From positions 1,152,001 to 1,216,000 of the forward strand of contig CAWIBO010000002.1 of assembly GCA_963834385.1 (NCBI GenBank): a stretch of DNA of 64,000 nucleotides. The letters run 5' to 3'. Positions 9,786 to 19,394 of the stretch are shown here, in pieces (position 1 is the stretch's first letter; the number at the start of each line of letters is the position of its first letter). Under the pieces are notes generated by a model. It saw nothing but the letters and a program-made list of their open reading frames with translations. It was not told the origin of the DNA and ran no database searches. This DNA is from an uncultured Verrucomicrobiae bacterium (GTDB lineage: Bacteria; Verrucomicrobiota; Verrucomicrobiia; Chthoniobacterales; UBA10450). The translations under genes and the position numbers were made by a program.

Positions 9786-11351
9786 CTAACCAGCGGGAGA
9801 GCGCCGGGGCGAAGGCGATGGCGGAGAGGATTTCTTCGCGGGTGAAGGAGAGCTCTTCTTCTTCGCAATGGTCGCAGTCGCGGAAGGGCTGGATCGTGGC
9901 GAGGAAGTGGAGGTCGGCGTGGGAGTTTGACTCGGCGATGACGCCGGGCTCGTGCTGGCCGCAGGCGAAACGGCCGGGGTGGGAAAAGCAAAGGTGGGAG
10001 CAGGCGAAGCGTCCGGAGAGACAGCGGGCGAAACGGATCCCGCAGGAGTCGGAGAAGGCGTCGGCGTCGGCGTCGGCGTGGGCGTCGGTGTGGGTGTAGG
10101 GGTCGGGGTGGGCGTGGGCAGCGGCGGGATAATGTCCTGCCACTGGTGCAGCGCGACACTGCTTCCTCCGATCTCCTTGACCAGTTCCTCGCAGCGGGCC
10201 CGGATTTTCTCAAGGTCAGGCGGTGCCCAGGGTCGTTCGCCGGTATCGGGGAAGATCAGGTAGGTCACTTTGAGATCGCTCACGGGACGGTTCAGCGGAG
10301 TGGCGGCGTCGTTGATTTCCTTGGCGATGCGAAGCGAGGCTTCGCCGGCTTTGTCGGACGGCCCGACGTCCCCGATGAAAGCGGGATAAATTTTGTCGCC
10401 GTAAATGACCACGGCGTAATCGCCCACCTTGGTCCCCTCCTCCGAGGAAAGGCCCCCGGGCATGACAATAAACGGATCGGTCGCGCCGATGAGGTAGCTC
10501 CATTTTTTCAGGGAGGTGATCTCGTCGCGCCCGCGGGCGAGGGCGTCTTTCAGCTCCGCTTTGCGCGCAGCGCTGGTGGCCTTCTCGCCCATCTCTTTCT
10601 CGTAGCGGCGCAGCTTCTCCTGCACGCCCGGGAGATAGGGGTTGGGCCGGTCTGATTTCTTGGGCCAGCGATAGCTGGTGAACGGTTGGAAATTGGGCGA
10701 GACGCCGCTTCCGGCCGGGAGCCGGTCCGAGTCCGAACCATCGGCATCGACGTCCATCTCCGCCTGGATCAGGACGGCGCGCCGTTTCGTTTCCGGATGG
10801 GTCAGGTTGAGCACGGTCTGGCAATCGTAGAAATTGTGCCGGGAAAGAAGCTGGTCGAGCCGGCTAAGCCGCGCGCGTAACCGTTCCACTTTCGTCCGGT
10901 AAAGCCGCTCGTAGAAGGAGGAAACGGAGCCGTTGGCGATCATGGCCGGCAGACCCGGGAGAAGCGTGGGCAGTTCCGGGTTCACTGTCGCCAACTCCTC
11001 CATGGTCTGGTTGGCTTTGGGCAGGCGCGCCTGCAGCTTCAGGTCGAGGACGTAACTCTCCGGGTTGTCGCGTTCCTCCGTGGCCGAGGCCGGTCCCTCG
11101 GGCGTTTCGAGGACCGAACGCACGGTGATGCCGTTGAAGAGTTTGGTGGTCTCGAGTTTTCCGGAAATGACCGGGGGCGGGGTCGGGCGCGGCGGCGGCG
11201 TGGCCAGACGTTCCAGCTCGGCGGTGCCCTGCCGGGTGGCTCTCCAATGCCAGCGCTCGAGAGAGAACCAGCGGAGCAGAATGATCCCGGCCAGGCCGAG
11301 AAACAGGAGGAGCGCGAAAAGCCGCAGCGTCCTCAGGCGAAAACGGGGCAC
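9786..11351 (-). CDS. Glycoside hydrolase family 75 (chitosanase-like), N-terminal anchor, PT-rich tail
   Basis: MDVDADG, GDVGP...GEAS; (PT)n tail. Confidence 0.7.
   Translation of the reverse strand: MPRFRLRTLRLFALLLFLGLAGIILLRWFSLERWHWRATRQGTAELERLATPPPRPTPPPVISGKLETTKLFNGITVRSVLETPEGPASATEERDNPESYVLDLKLQARLPKANQTMEELATVNPELPTLLPGLPAMIANGSVSSFYERLYRTKVERLRARLSRLDQLLSRHNFYDCQTVLNLTHPETKRRAVLIQAEMDVDADGSDSDRLPAGSGVSPNFQPFTSYRWPKKSDRPNPYLPGVQEKLRRYEKEMGEKATSAARKAELKDALARGRDEITSLKKWSYLIGATDPFIVMPGGLSSEEGTKVGDYAVVIYGDKIYPAFIGDVGPSDKAGEASLRIAKEINDAATPLNRPVSDLKVTYLIFPDTGERPWAPPDLEKIRARCEELVKEIGGSSVALHQWQDIIPPLPTPTPTPTPTPTPTPTPTPTPSPTPAGSVSPAVSPDASPAPTFAFPTPAVSPAASTSPASSPSQTPTPTSTSSPRSSPSATATIAKKKSSPSPAKKSSPPSPSPRRSPAG
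10058..10121 (-). repeat. Pro-Thr coding tandem repeat
   Basis: 6-nt period encoding ~10 PT units. Confidence 0.85.
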
Positions 11352-11358
11352 GCGCGAT

Positions 11359-11679
11359 CTACCGTTTTATCCAGGCGGCGATGGCGACGACCACGCCGAT
11401 CAGGCTCAGGATGGACATCATGCCCGCGGGCATGAAGCTGGCGCTCTTGATGAAGAGCGGGGTGAAACGCCCCGCCAGGAGAAGGGCGGTGACCAGCCCA
11501 AGGACAAGGCCGGCGGTGGTGTTGGTCGGCATGAGCCAGCCCGCGAGCAAAAGGAGCAGCCCGGCCACCGAACCGGCCACGATGGAAGCCACGCTTCCCT
11601 TGTTCACAAAACCAATCACACCCCCAAGAATCGTGAGGGCGCCGAAGATGAGGAAATAGATTTTTGCGGCGGTAATCAT
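11359..11679 (-). CDS. TMEM14 family membrane protein
   Basis: [23 protein letters not shown]. Confidence 0.85.
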   Translation of the reverse strand: MITAAKIYFLIFGALTILGGVIGFVNKGSVASIVAGSVAGLLLLLAGWLMPTNTTAGLVLGLVTALLLAGRFTPLFIKSASFMPAGMMSILSLIGVVVAIAAWIKR

Positions 11680-11880
11680 GGCTGCCTCGAACCGTGGCGC
11701 AGGAAGGCGGCAGTGTCCAGCCATCGCGCAGGCCCCGGGCGGGTTGACGCCGCCGGGGCGGGCTGGCAGCGAGCCAGGCAAGAGTGAGGGGAGGAGGCCT
11801 TATCGGGGTTGAACCGTCTCCCACCCTGGCACCGGGAAAAACTCTTGCTCCCGGCTTCTTTACGAAGGACGATCCGCCCC

Positions 11881-12183
11881 ATGTGGCGCCGACCGGGATT
11901 GCTCCGAAGCGGCCTCCTCCTGCTCCTGGCGGGATTCTTGGGAGGCCTGGCGCTCACTGTTGTGCCCGAGACGCACGCCGCGGTGCACTCCGATCCGGAG
12001 CACCAATGTCTGGCCACGCTGATCACGGATGGCGCGCTTGAGCAGACGCCGATGGCGCACCCCGCGTGGACGTCACGGCCATGGCAGGCGGCCACCGCTT
12101 CCGCCGTCGCCGAAGATTGTTTCGTCGAAGCGCTTTTCCGGCAGGCCTCTCTCCTGGAGCATGCGCCGCCGGTGCTTTCCTGA
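11881..12183 (+). CDS. DUF2946-like leader protein
   Basis: Hydrophobic N-terminus, HxxxH..HxC, C-terminal EHAPP; directly upstream of a TonB receptor. Confidence 0.65.
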   Translation: MWRRPGLLRSGLLLLLAGFLGGLALTVVPETHAAVHSDPEHQCLATLITDGALEQTPMAHPAWTSRPWQAATASAVAEDCFVEALFRQASLLEHAPPVLS

Positions 12184-12333
12184 AACGCGCAGTTCGCGTG
12201 TCCTGACGCCGGCCTGAAGGCCCGGCCGTTTCTTCCCGTTGTTTCTGCGCGTTCGCCCCGCCGTGGCGGCACGCCTTTCCCCAGCGCGTGTCGCCCTTGG
12301 TCGCCATGACAAATTCACGACAGGAAAATCATT

Positions 12334-14445
12334 TTGAAACGAAAAACCGCACTTTTACTGGCCCTGGCCGCCGGTCTCGAGACCGTGCCGGCACAGGACG
12401 CCGTCTCGCCACCGCCCGCGCCGCATGAACGGGTCGTGGTCAGCACCACGCCCCTCGGGGGCGATCCCTTTGAGCAGACCCAATCAGTCACCATCCTCAC
12501 CGAGGAGGAGTTGAAGCTCCGGCTCGAGCCGACGCTTGGTGAAACGCTCCGGCAGGAGCCGGGCCTGAGTTCGACCTACTTCGGGCCCGGGGCCAGTCGC
12601 CCGGTGATCCGCGGCCTGGGCGAAGATCGGATCCGGGTTTTGCAGAACGGCCTGACCACCATCGATGTCTCGAACGTCAGCCCTGATCACGCGGTCACCG
12701 CGGAACCGCTGACGATCAAAGTGATCGACGTGGTGCGCGGTCCGGCGACGCTGCTTTACGGTCCAAACACGGTCGGCGGCGTGGTCAACGTGATCGATAA
12801 CCGCGTGCCGAGCGAAACGCTGGCGCGCCCGATCGAGGGGCGCCTGGAGGGACGCGGGGCCACGGCGGACGCGCTCCGTTCCGGCGCCGGCCTGGTGGAG
12901 TTCCAGCTCGGGGCGGTGGTGGTGCACCTCGACGGTTTCCTGCGTGAGACCGAGGATGTCGCGATCCCGGGCTTTGCCCGTTCCGCGCGTCTGCGCCGCG
13001 CCATGCCGCTGCCGCCGGGCGAGCGTGAACCGTTTGGCGAACTGCCGAATAGTTTCACGGAGACGGAAGGGGGCGCGATGGGCGCTTCCTACGTCGGCGC
13101 GCACGGCTATCACGGCGCCTCCTTTGCCCTGACCGACTCGCGCTACGGGACGGTGGCCGAAAAGGATGTCACCATCGAGCTCGAGCAGAAGCGCTGGGAC
13201 GTTCGCGGCGCCGTTTATCATCCGACTGCCGGAATCAAGGCGATCAATTACAAGGCCAGCTACACCGATTACGAGCACATCGAGTTTGAGGGGGATGAGG
13301 TGGGGACGATGTTCGAGATCTCGGGTTTCGATGCCCGGCTCGAGCTGGTGCACGAGAAGGTGGGGATGCTGGAAGGCGTGTTTGGCTACCAGGGCCAACA
13401 GACCGCGTTCTCGGCCCTGGGCGCGGAGGCCTACCTGCCGCCGACCGATATCGGCCAGCACGCGCTTTTCCTGTTTGAAGAAATCACGTTTGATCAGGTG
13501 GAGCTTCAGTTCGGCGGCCGTTACGATCACCAGAGCAACGAGCGAAGCGCGAACCCGGCGTTCGGTCCGGCGCTGACGCGTGATTTCCATGCGTTCAGCA
13601 CCTCGGCCGGGTTGCTCTACGCGCCCATCGATCCTTACACGATTGCCTTTTCGGTCTCCTACAGTCAGCGCCCGCCAACCTACGTCGAGCTGTTCGCCCA
13701 GGGTCCGCACATCGCCACCAACGCCTTCGAAATTGGCGATCCCGGCCTGGGGAAGGAAAACTCCCTCGCCTTCGACCTGTCGTTCCGAAAAAGAAGCGGC
13801 CGGGTCACCGGGGCGATCAACTTCTTCTTCTATGACTTCGATGGATTCATCACCGCGGAACCGACGGGGGACTTTTCCCAGCCTGAGGAGGAGGGCGAAG
13901 AGGGTCTGCCGATTTTTGAGTATCGCGCGGTCGATGCTTTTTTTGCCGGCGGCGAAGTTGATCTCGTCATCCATTTGCTCGAGCCGCGCGCTGCCACCGA
14001 GACGACGATGCCCTCCGGAAAAGAAGGCAAGGGCGTGGTTCCGCAAAGCACGCCGGCTTTCCGGCACGATCTCCATCTCGACCTGAAGACGGATTATGTT
14101 TTCACGAGGAACCGCGACGCCGGCCGGTCGCTTCCGCGCATCCCGCCTTTTCGGACGAGTGCGGCCCTCGTCTACGAGTATGACCAGCGCCTGAGCGCCC
14201 GCGTGGAGGGCCAGTATGTGCACGGGCAGGACCGGACTGCGCGCTTCGAGCTGCCGACGGACGAATATTTCCTGCTCGGCGCGAGCGCCGGTTATCGCGT
14301 TCCGGTGGGGCCGGTGGAACTCGATTTCTACGTGAAAGGAACGAACCTCACGAACGAAGATGCCCGCCTGCATACCTCGTTTTTGAAGGAGATCGCGCCG
14401 CTCGCCGGCCGCGGAGTGCTTTTCGGCGTGCGCGCCACGTTCTAA
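12334..14445 (+). CDS. TonB-dependent receptor, ZnuD-like
   Basis: FGPGASRPVIRG, VSPDHAV, GPHIAT, LHTSFLK, terminal Phe; TTG start. Confidence 0.9.
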   Translation: MKRKTALLLALAAGLETVPAQDAVSPPPAPHERVVVSTTPLGGDPFEQTQSVTILTEEELKLRLEPTLGETLRQEPGLSSTYFGPGASRPVIRGLGEDRIRVLQNGLTTIDVSNVSPDHAVTAEPLTIKVIDVVRGPATLLYGPNTVGGVVNVIDNRVPSETLARPIEGRLEGRGATADALRSGAGLVEFQLGAVVVHLDGFLRETEDVAIPGFARSARLRRAMPLPPGEREPFGELPNSFTETEGGAMGASYVGAHGYHGASFALTDSRYGTVAEKDVTIELEQKRWDVRGAVYHPTAGIKAINYKASYTDYEHIEFEGDEVGTMFEISGFDARLELVHEKVGMLEGVFGYQGQQTAFSALGAEAYLPPTDIGQHALFLFEEITFDQVELQFGGRYDHQSNERSANPAFGPALTRDFHAFSTSAGLLYAPIDPYTIAFSVSYSQRPPTYVELFAQGPHIATNAFEIGDPGLGKENSLAFDLSFRKRSGRVTGAINFFFYDFDGFITAEPTGDFSQPEEEGEEGLPIFEYRAVDAFFAGGEVDLVIHLLEPRAATETTMPSGKEGKGVVPQSTPAFRHDLHLDLKTDYVFTRNRDAGRSLPRIPPFRTSAALVYEYDQRLSARVEGQYVHGQDRTARFELPTDEYFLLGASAGYRVPVGPVELDFYVKGTNLTNEDARLHTSFLKEIAPLAGRGVLFGVRATF

Positions 14446-14455
14446 GCTCCCCCAC

Positions 14456-15751
14456 GTGCATTCATTCCATTACCAGGAGGGCCGCCTGTTCTGCGAAAAC
14501 GTAGATCTTGAGGAGGTCGCCCGCAGTCATGGCACCCCGCTCTATGTCTATAGCGCGGCCACGATGCGCGACCATTATCGCCGGCTCGACCAGGCCCTGG
14601 GCGGGCTCGATCACCTGATCTGTTATGCGGTCAAGGCCAACTCGAACCTGGCGGTCCTGCGGGTGCTGATCGAAGAGGGCGCGGGCTTCGACATTGTTTC
14701 CGGGGGCGAGCTCTTCCGCGTCCTGCGCGCCGGCGGGAAGGCGGAATCGTGCACCTTCGCAGGAGTGGCCAAATCGGACGCCGAGATCGCGTATGCGCTC
14801 GAGGAAGGCGTTTTCTGCTTCAACGTCGAAAGCGAGGCCGAGCTGCACCAGATCAACCGTCTGGCCGGGGAAAAGCGGGTGCGGGCTTCCATCGCCCTGC
14901 GGGTGAACCCGAACGTCGAAGCCGGAACGCACAAGTACATCGCCACCGGCCAAAGCGAGAACAAGTTCGGCATCGCGCTGGACCAGGCGGCGGAATTCTA
15001 TGCCCGCGCCGCCCAGCTGCCGCATGTGCGGTTGCGCGGACTGCAAATGCATATCGGCTCGCAGATCACCGCCGCGCGCCCCTTTGCCGAGGCGATCGCC
15101 AAAGTGGCGCCGCTGGCGCGCGAATTGAAGGAGCGTTATGCGATCGAGTTCTTCAGCATCGGTGGGGGCATGGGGATCATCTACCGGCGCGCGCTCGAGA
15201 GCGGGAGCGGCCGGTGGTGGCACGAGCAGGGCGGCGAAGAATCAGTCTTCAGCGTGGCCGACTACGCCCGGGCCATCCTGCCTTCCCTGCAGACGCTCGG
15301 TCTGCGCGTGCTGCTCGAGCCCGGCCGCTTTCTCGTCGGCAACGCAGGCGTGCTGCTGACGCGCGTGCGCTTCATCAAGGACACCGCCCAGAAGAGATTT
15401 GTTATCGTCGATGCCGGCATGAACGACCTGATCCGGCCCGCGCTTTACCAAAGCTTTCACGAAATCGTCCCGGTCATCGAACCGGGGTCTGACCGGACGC
15501 AGCGGGTGGACGTGGTCGGGCCGGTCTGTGAAAGCGGCGATTTTTTCGCGCAGGACCGCCCGATGCCGCCGCTGGCCGAAGGCGATTTGCTCTCGATCAT
15601 GAGCGCCGGCGCCTACGGTTTTGTCATGGCCTCGAATTACAATTCGCGGCCGCTCCCGGCGGAGGTGCTGGTCGACGGCGCCACCCATCGCCTCGTGCGC
15701 CGCCGGCAGAACCTGGAAGACCTGGTCGCGGGAGAGATGGAGCCGGCATGA
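14456..15751 (+). CDS. lysA: Diaminopimelate decarboxylase
   Basis: YAVKAN, HIGSQ, EPGR, CESGD, GAYG. Confidence 0.96.
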   Translation: MHSFHYQEGRLFCENVDLEEVARSHGTPLYVYSAATMRDHYRRLDQALGGLDHLICYAVKANSNLAVLRVLIEEGAGFDIVSGGELFRVLRAGGKAESCTFAGVAKSDAEIAYALEEGVFCFNVESEAELHQINRLAGEKRVRASIALRVNPNVEAGTHKYIATGQSENKFGIALDQAAEFYARAAQLPHVRLRGLQMHIGSQITAARPFAEAIAKVAPLARELKERYAIEFFSIGGGMGIIYRRALESGSGRWWHEQGGEESVFSVADYARAILPSLQTLGLRVLLEPGRFLVGNAGVLLTRVRFIKDTAQKRFVIVDAGMNDLIRPALYQSFHEIVPVIEPGSDRTQRVDVVGPVCESGDFFAQDRPMPPLAEGDLLSIMSAGAYGFVMASNYNSRPLPAEVLVDGATHRLVRRRQNLEDLVAGEMEPA

Positions 15752-17349
15752 ACCCCCGGGAGTTGGCGCGGTCCTGGGGATTCGTCGTGGGGCTTCTGCT
15801 CCTCGCCCTGGCCAGGATCTGGCTGGTGCACGAGCACGACTATTATCGGAGCGCGAATTTTTACGATGAGCTCTGTTACGTGCGTGCGGCAAAGAACTGG
15901 TATTGGTGGTCGCCCTACGACGCGACCGCCTTTGTCCGGCCGGCGGCCTATCCGCTCTGGATCACGTTCGTGCACAACACCCGCATCCCGTTTCGTCTCG
16001 CCGCGGAGTTGCTCTATCTCGGCGGACATCTCGTCCTGATCGCGGCGCTGCGGCGTTGCGGCCTGCCCCGGCTTTTTGCGCTGGTTGCCTTTGCCCTGGC
16101 CGTCTTTCATCCCATCAGCGCCAAGTACAACGATTACGTCCAATCGGATGCCTTTTATGCCGGGATCCTGCCGATCGTCCTGGCTGGTCTCATCTTTCTC
16201 CTGGCCCGGCGTCGCGTCTGGGACGCGGTCTGGACCGGCTTTTTCGTGGCCGTGCTTTGGAACATCCGGGAGGAAAGCATTCTGCTTCTTCCTCTTTTTC
16301 TTCTTTTCCTGGCCCTCTTTTTCGGGAGGGCTCTCTGGGAAAACCGCGGCCTTAAACCGGCGCTCCGCACCACGTGGCGTCCGATGGTGACGCTGGTCGG
16401 CGTGGCCGCAGGACTGGTCCTCCTGGTTTACAGCGTGAACTACCGCGTCTTTCATTCCTTCGCCAAGGCGGAGCTGCTTTCCCGTCCGGTCGCGGCAGCC
16501 TACCAGGCCCTGATGCAGATCCGCCCGAGCCAGCCCCAGCGGTTTGTGCCGATTTCAAAGGAGGCCCGGTTGATGGCCTACGAGGTTTCGCCCGCCTTCG
16601 CCAAACTGCGCCGTTATCTGGAGGGGAAGCCGGGCGCAGGCTGGGAATACCAGGCGCGCGTTCATCACGGTATCCATGGTGAGATCTCGGCCGGCTGGAC
16701 CATCTGGGCGCTGCGCGACGCGGCCGGCCGGGCCGGGCAGCACAAGACACCGGCCAAGGCGGCCAAATTTTACGGCAAGGTCGCGGGCGAGATCGAGCGG
16801 GCCTTTCGGCAGGGCCGGCTTCCGCAGCGCCAGCTCGTTTCCATGGCCCATATCCCGGCCCGGGAACTTCGTCCCGCCGACGCCTGGAAAGCCGTGGGAC
16901 GCGTGGCGGCGCTTTACGCCCACCCCTACCAGGTGAAAGCGGAGCGGGACGACAAGGCCCTGAGCAAGAAAGACCGAAAACTCTACCGCAAAATGCTTCG
17001 GGAATGGGGCGCCGTTCGTCTGCGCGGACCCGCCGAGCAGGCGGTGCAGGAGTTTTTCTCGCGCAATTATCGCTGGCTGATGGCGGGCCTCACCGGGCTC
17101 GCCCCGGTGATGCTGGCGGCGATCCTGGTCCACGCCCGGCGGGAGGACTGGTTTCGGCCCATGACGGGGGCCCTTCTGCTCCTGCTTTCGGCGGTGGCGG
17201 TGCGGTTCCTTTTCTTTGCCTACCTGGATGCCACCGCCTATCCGGCGGGGTTTGAGCCGCGTTATCAGTTCCCGGTCATTTCGCTTTATATTGTCTTTGT
17301 GGTGGCGGGTCTGGCCGAGGCGATTCGGCTGCTGCGCCGGGCGAAATAG
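15748..17349 (+). CDS. Polytopic membrane protein, GT-C glycosyltransferase-like
   Basis: Multiple TM helices, early DE motif, RPAAYP, EPRY. Confidence 0.6.
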   Translation: MNPRELARSWGFVVGLLLLALARIWLVHEHDYYRSANFYDELCYVRAAKNWYWWSPYDATAFVRPAAYPLWITFVHNTRIPFRLAAELLYLGGHLVLIAALRRCGLPRLFALVAFALAVFHPISAKYNDYVQSDAFYAGILPIVLAGLIFLLARRRVWDAVWTGFFVAVLWNIREESILLLPLFLLFLALFFGRALWENRGLKPALRTTWRPMVTLVGVAAGLVLLVYSVNYRVFHSFAKAELLSRPVAAAYQALMQIRPSQPQRFVPISKEARLMAYEVSPAFAKLRRYLEGKPGAGWEYQARVHHGIHGEISAGWTIWALRDAAGRAGQHKTPAKAAKFYGKVAGEIERAFRQGRLPQRQLVSMAHIPARELRPADAWKAVGRVAALYAHPYQVKAERDDKALSKKDRKLYRKMLREWGAVRLRGPAEQAVQEFFSRNYRWLMAGLTGLAPVMLAAILVHARREDWFRPMTGALLLLLSAVAVRFLFFAYLDATAYPAGFEPRYQFPVISLYIVFVVAGLAEAIRLLRRAK

Positions 17350-17407
17350 CAGGCTGCAGCTTGCGGACTTCGCTCCGAGCATAAATAGTGCTCTTCGGTT
17401 TTCCCCC

Positions 17408-18121
17408 ATGAAACGCCTGTTCCTCCCTCTTTTCCTCATTCTCGGCCTGGCATTGTTTGTTCTCCCGGCGCGGGCCGCCTCGCCCATCGATACCGGCGAA
17501 TACATCATCCTGGTGGGCGGTCCCTCGTTGAAGCAGTGGGAAAAATACAAGGCGCGGCCGCACGATCATTGGTGGGCGAATTTCGTTCGCGCGGGCCGGA
17601 TCCGGACCGAGCAACTGCGGGCGCTGCATGGCGACCGGCTAAAGATCACCTGGCTGGTTTACAAAAAGGGCTACGTGGAACGCGCGGCGCAGGAAAACCA
17701 GGACCTGGTTTCTCACATTGAATCGGTGCGCGACAAATATGGTTTGAACCTGGTCTGGTTCGACAAGGGACGCGAGGTGATCAATTACCTTAACGCCGGG
17801 CAGCCGCGCGACCGGATGAAGGTGCTGGGCTTTGAGTTTTTCGGGCACTCAAACAAGGCCTGTTTCATGTTCGATTACTCGAATGCCACCGACAGCGCCT
17901 CGAAGTCATGGCTGCACGAGTCGCAGCTTACCCAGATCAATCGCCGGATCTTTGCCCGGGACGCCCACGTGAAAAGCTGGGGCTGCCATACCGGTGAAAG
18001 CATGTCGAAAAAATGGAAGACGGCCACGGGCACGACCATGTGGGGCGCCGTCGGCAAGACGCAGTATATGATGGAGGAACTTCCGTTTCTCTCCTCGACC
18101 AACGGCCGCTGGGCGCGCTGA
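17408..18121 (+). CDS. Secreted protein, possible His-Cys peptidase fold
   Basis: Signal peptide; FFGHS and SWGCHTG. Confidence 0.6.
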   Translation: MKRLFLPLFLILGLALFVLPARAASPIDTGEYIILVGGPSLKQWEKYKARPHDHWWANFVRAGRIRTEQLRALHGDRLKITWLVYKKGYVERAAQENQDLVSHIESVRDKYGLNLVWFDKGREVINYLNAGQPRDRMKVLGFEFFGHSNKACFMFDYSNATDSASKSWLHESQLTQINRRIFARDAHVKSWGCHTGESMSKKWKTATGTTMWGAVGKTQYMMEELPFLSSTNGRWAR

Positions 18122-18192
18122 GCGCGGCGGGCCCGGGCGGTGCTGCACTCGGAGCTTGACGGCGGCGGGTCTTTCGGCCCAGAACGGCCTCC

Positions 18193-18663
18193 ATGCAGAT
18201 CTACATTGCTCGCAATGGACAGCGGCTGGGGCCGTACTCCGTCGAAGAAGTAAACCGGCAACTCGCCAGCGGCGCGATCTCCTCCAACGACCAGGCCTGG
18301 TACGAGGGCGCGGCGGCCTGGGCGCCGCTCACCAGCATCCCGGGCGTGATTTTGCCGGGCGCTACCGGGGGCGCGGTCGCCGCGGCCGGCGGAAGCGCAA
18401 TGCCGCCAACGGCGGCGCGCAACGAACCGCTTGCCGTCTGGGCGCTCGTCGCCGGCATTCTCGGCTTCTGCTGTATCCCGGCTTCCATCGCCGCGATCGT
18501 CCTGGGACACATGTCGTTGTCGCGCCTCGGCAAAACACCGGGACTCGGCGGGCGCGGCCTGGCCCTGACCGGGCTTGTCCTGGGCTATGTCTCGCTGGTG
18601 GCCAACATCGTCTGGCTCTTCTTCATGGGCGGGATGAGCATGCTCCAGGGAATGCAAAACTAA
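18193..18663 (+). CDS. GYF_2 (DUF4339) plus DUF4190 membrane protein
   Basis: NGQRLGPYS..WYEG..W; LGHMSL..GRGLALTGLVLGY. Confidence 0.85.
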   Translation: MQIYIARNGQRLGPYSVEEVNRQLASGAISSNDQAWYEGAAAWAPLTSIPGVILPGATGGAVAAAGGSAMPPTAARNEPLAVWALVAGILGFCCIPASIAAIVLGHMSLSRLGKTPGLGGRGLALTGLVLGYVSLVANIVWLFFMGGMSMLQGMQN

Positions 18664-18682
18664 TAGGCACCTCCATTCCGGC

Positions 18683-18720
18683 AAAAGAGCCGCTCCGGGA
18701 CAACCCGGGCGGCTCTTTTT
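18683..18720. terminator. Intrinsic terminator
   Basis: aaaagagccg...cggctcttttt. Confidence 0.75.
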
Positions 18721-18775
18721 GCTCGGGCCGAATCCTGTTTGCACTGCCGGGAAAAAGCGTTACCAAGACGGCCAC

Positions 18776-19270
18776 ATGAAAAACAGCATCCTGACCCTTC
18801 TTCTTTCCGTCGCCCTGGCCGCGACACTCCAGGCCGGCACGCACAAACTGCCGGAAGATGAGCCCTTTGTTTCTGTGACACTCCCGGAGAAGTGGGAAGT
18901 CTCTGAGATTGATAACGGCATCGAAGCGACCTCCGATGACGAGGAAGTCTATCTCGCGATCGAGACGACCGATGCGGATAACGTCGAGGCCATGATCGAT
19001 GAAGCGGTCGATTTCCTGGGCAAGGAAGGCGTGACCGTCGACGAGAAGTCGATGAAGAAAAACGAGGGCAAAATCAATGGGATGGAGTCGATCAACATCT
19101 CGTGGAGCGGCAACGACAAGGAAGGCCCTGCCGTGATTGCGCTGACCATCGTGGTGGTCGGCGATGACGAAGGCCTTCTCTTTACCTACTGGGCTTCCCC
19201 GGCAGGCGCGAAGAAACATGACAGCGCCCTGGACGCCATTGCCCAGAGCATCGAGAAGATCGACGGCTAG
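18776..19270 (+). CDS. Secreted acidic hypothetical protein
   Basis: Signal peptide; coding-like composition. Confidence 0.7.
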   Translation: MKNSILTLLLSVALAATLQAGTHKLPEDEPFVSVTLPEKWEVSEIDNGIEATSDDEEVYLAIETTDADNVEAMIDEAVDFLGKEGVTVDEKSMKKNEGKINGMESINISWSGNDKEGPAVIALTIVVVGDDEGLLFTYWASPAGAKKHDSALDAIAQSIEKIDG

Positions 19271-19291
19271 GCCGTCTCGTCCAGTCCCCGC

Positions 19292-19334
19292 AAAAGAACA
19301 CCCCCGTGCCTGCGGAGCAGGCCGGGGGTGCTTT
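19292..19334. terminator. Bidirectional terminator between convergent genes
   Basis: cacccccg...cgggggtg stem with A/T flanks. Confidence 0.6.
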
Positions 19335-19394
19335 CGTTTAATGCCGCTGGGAAACTCCGAAGGGCGAACCCGCTGCCGGGGCTTTGCTGGTGAC

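Noticed and set aside
12323..12337. Fur/Zur-like box GGAAAATCATTTTGA
   Set aside because: Only a partial match, overlaps the start codon, no promoter identified
12484..14373. Long antisense ORFs (also 33951-35432, 38417-40021, 46333-48051)
   Set aside because: High-GC shadow frames of well-supported genes
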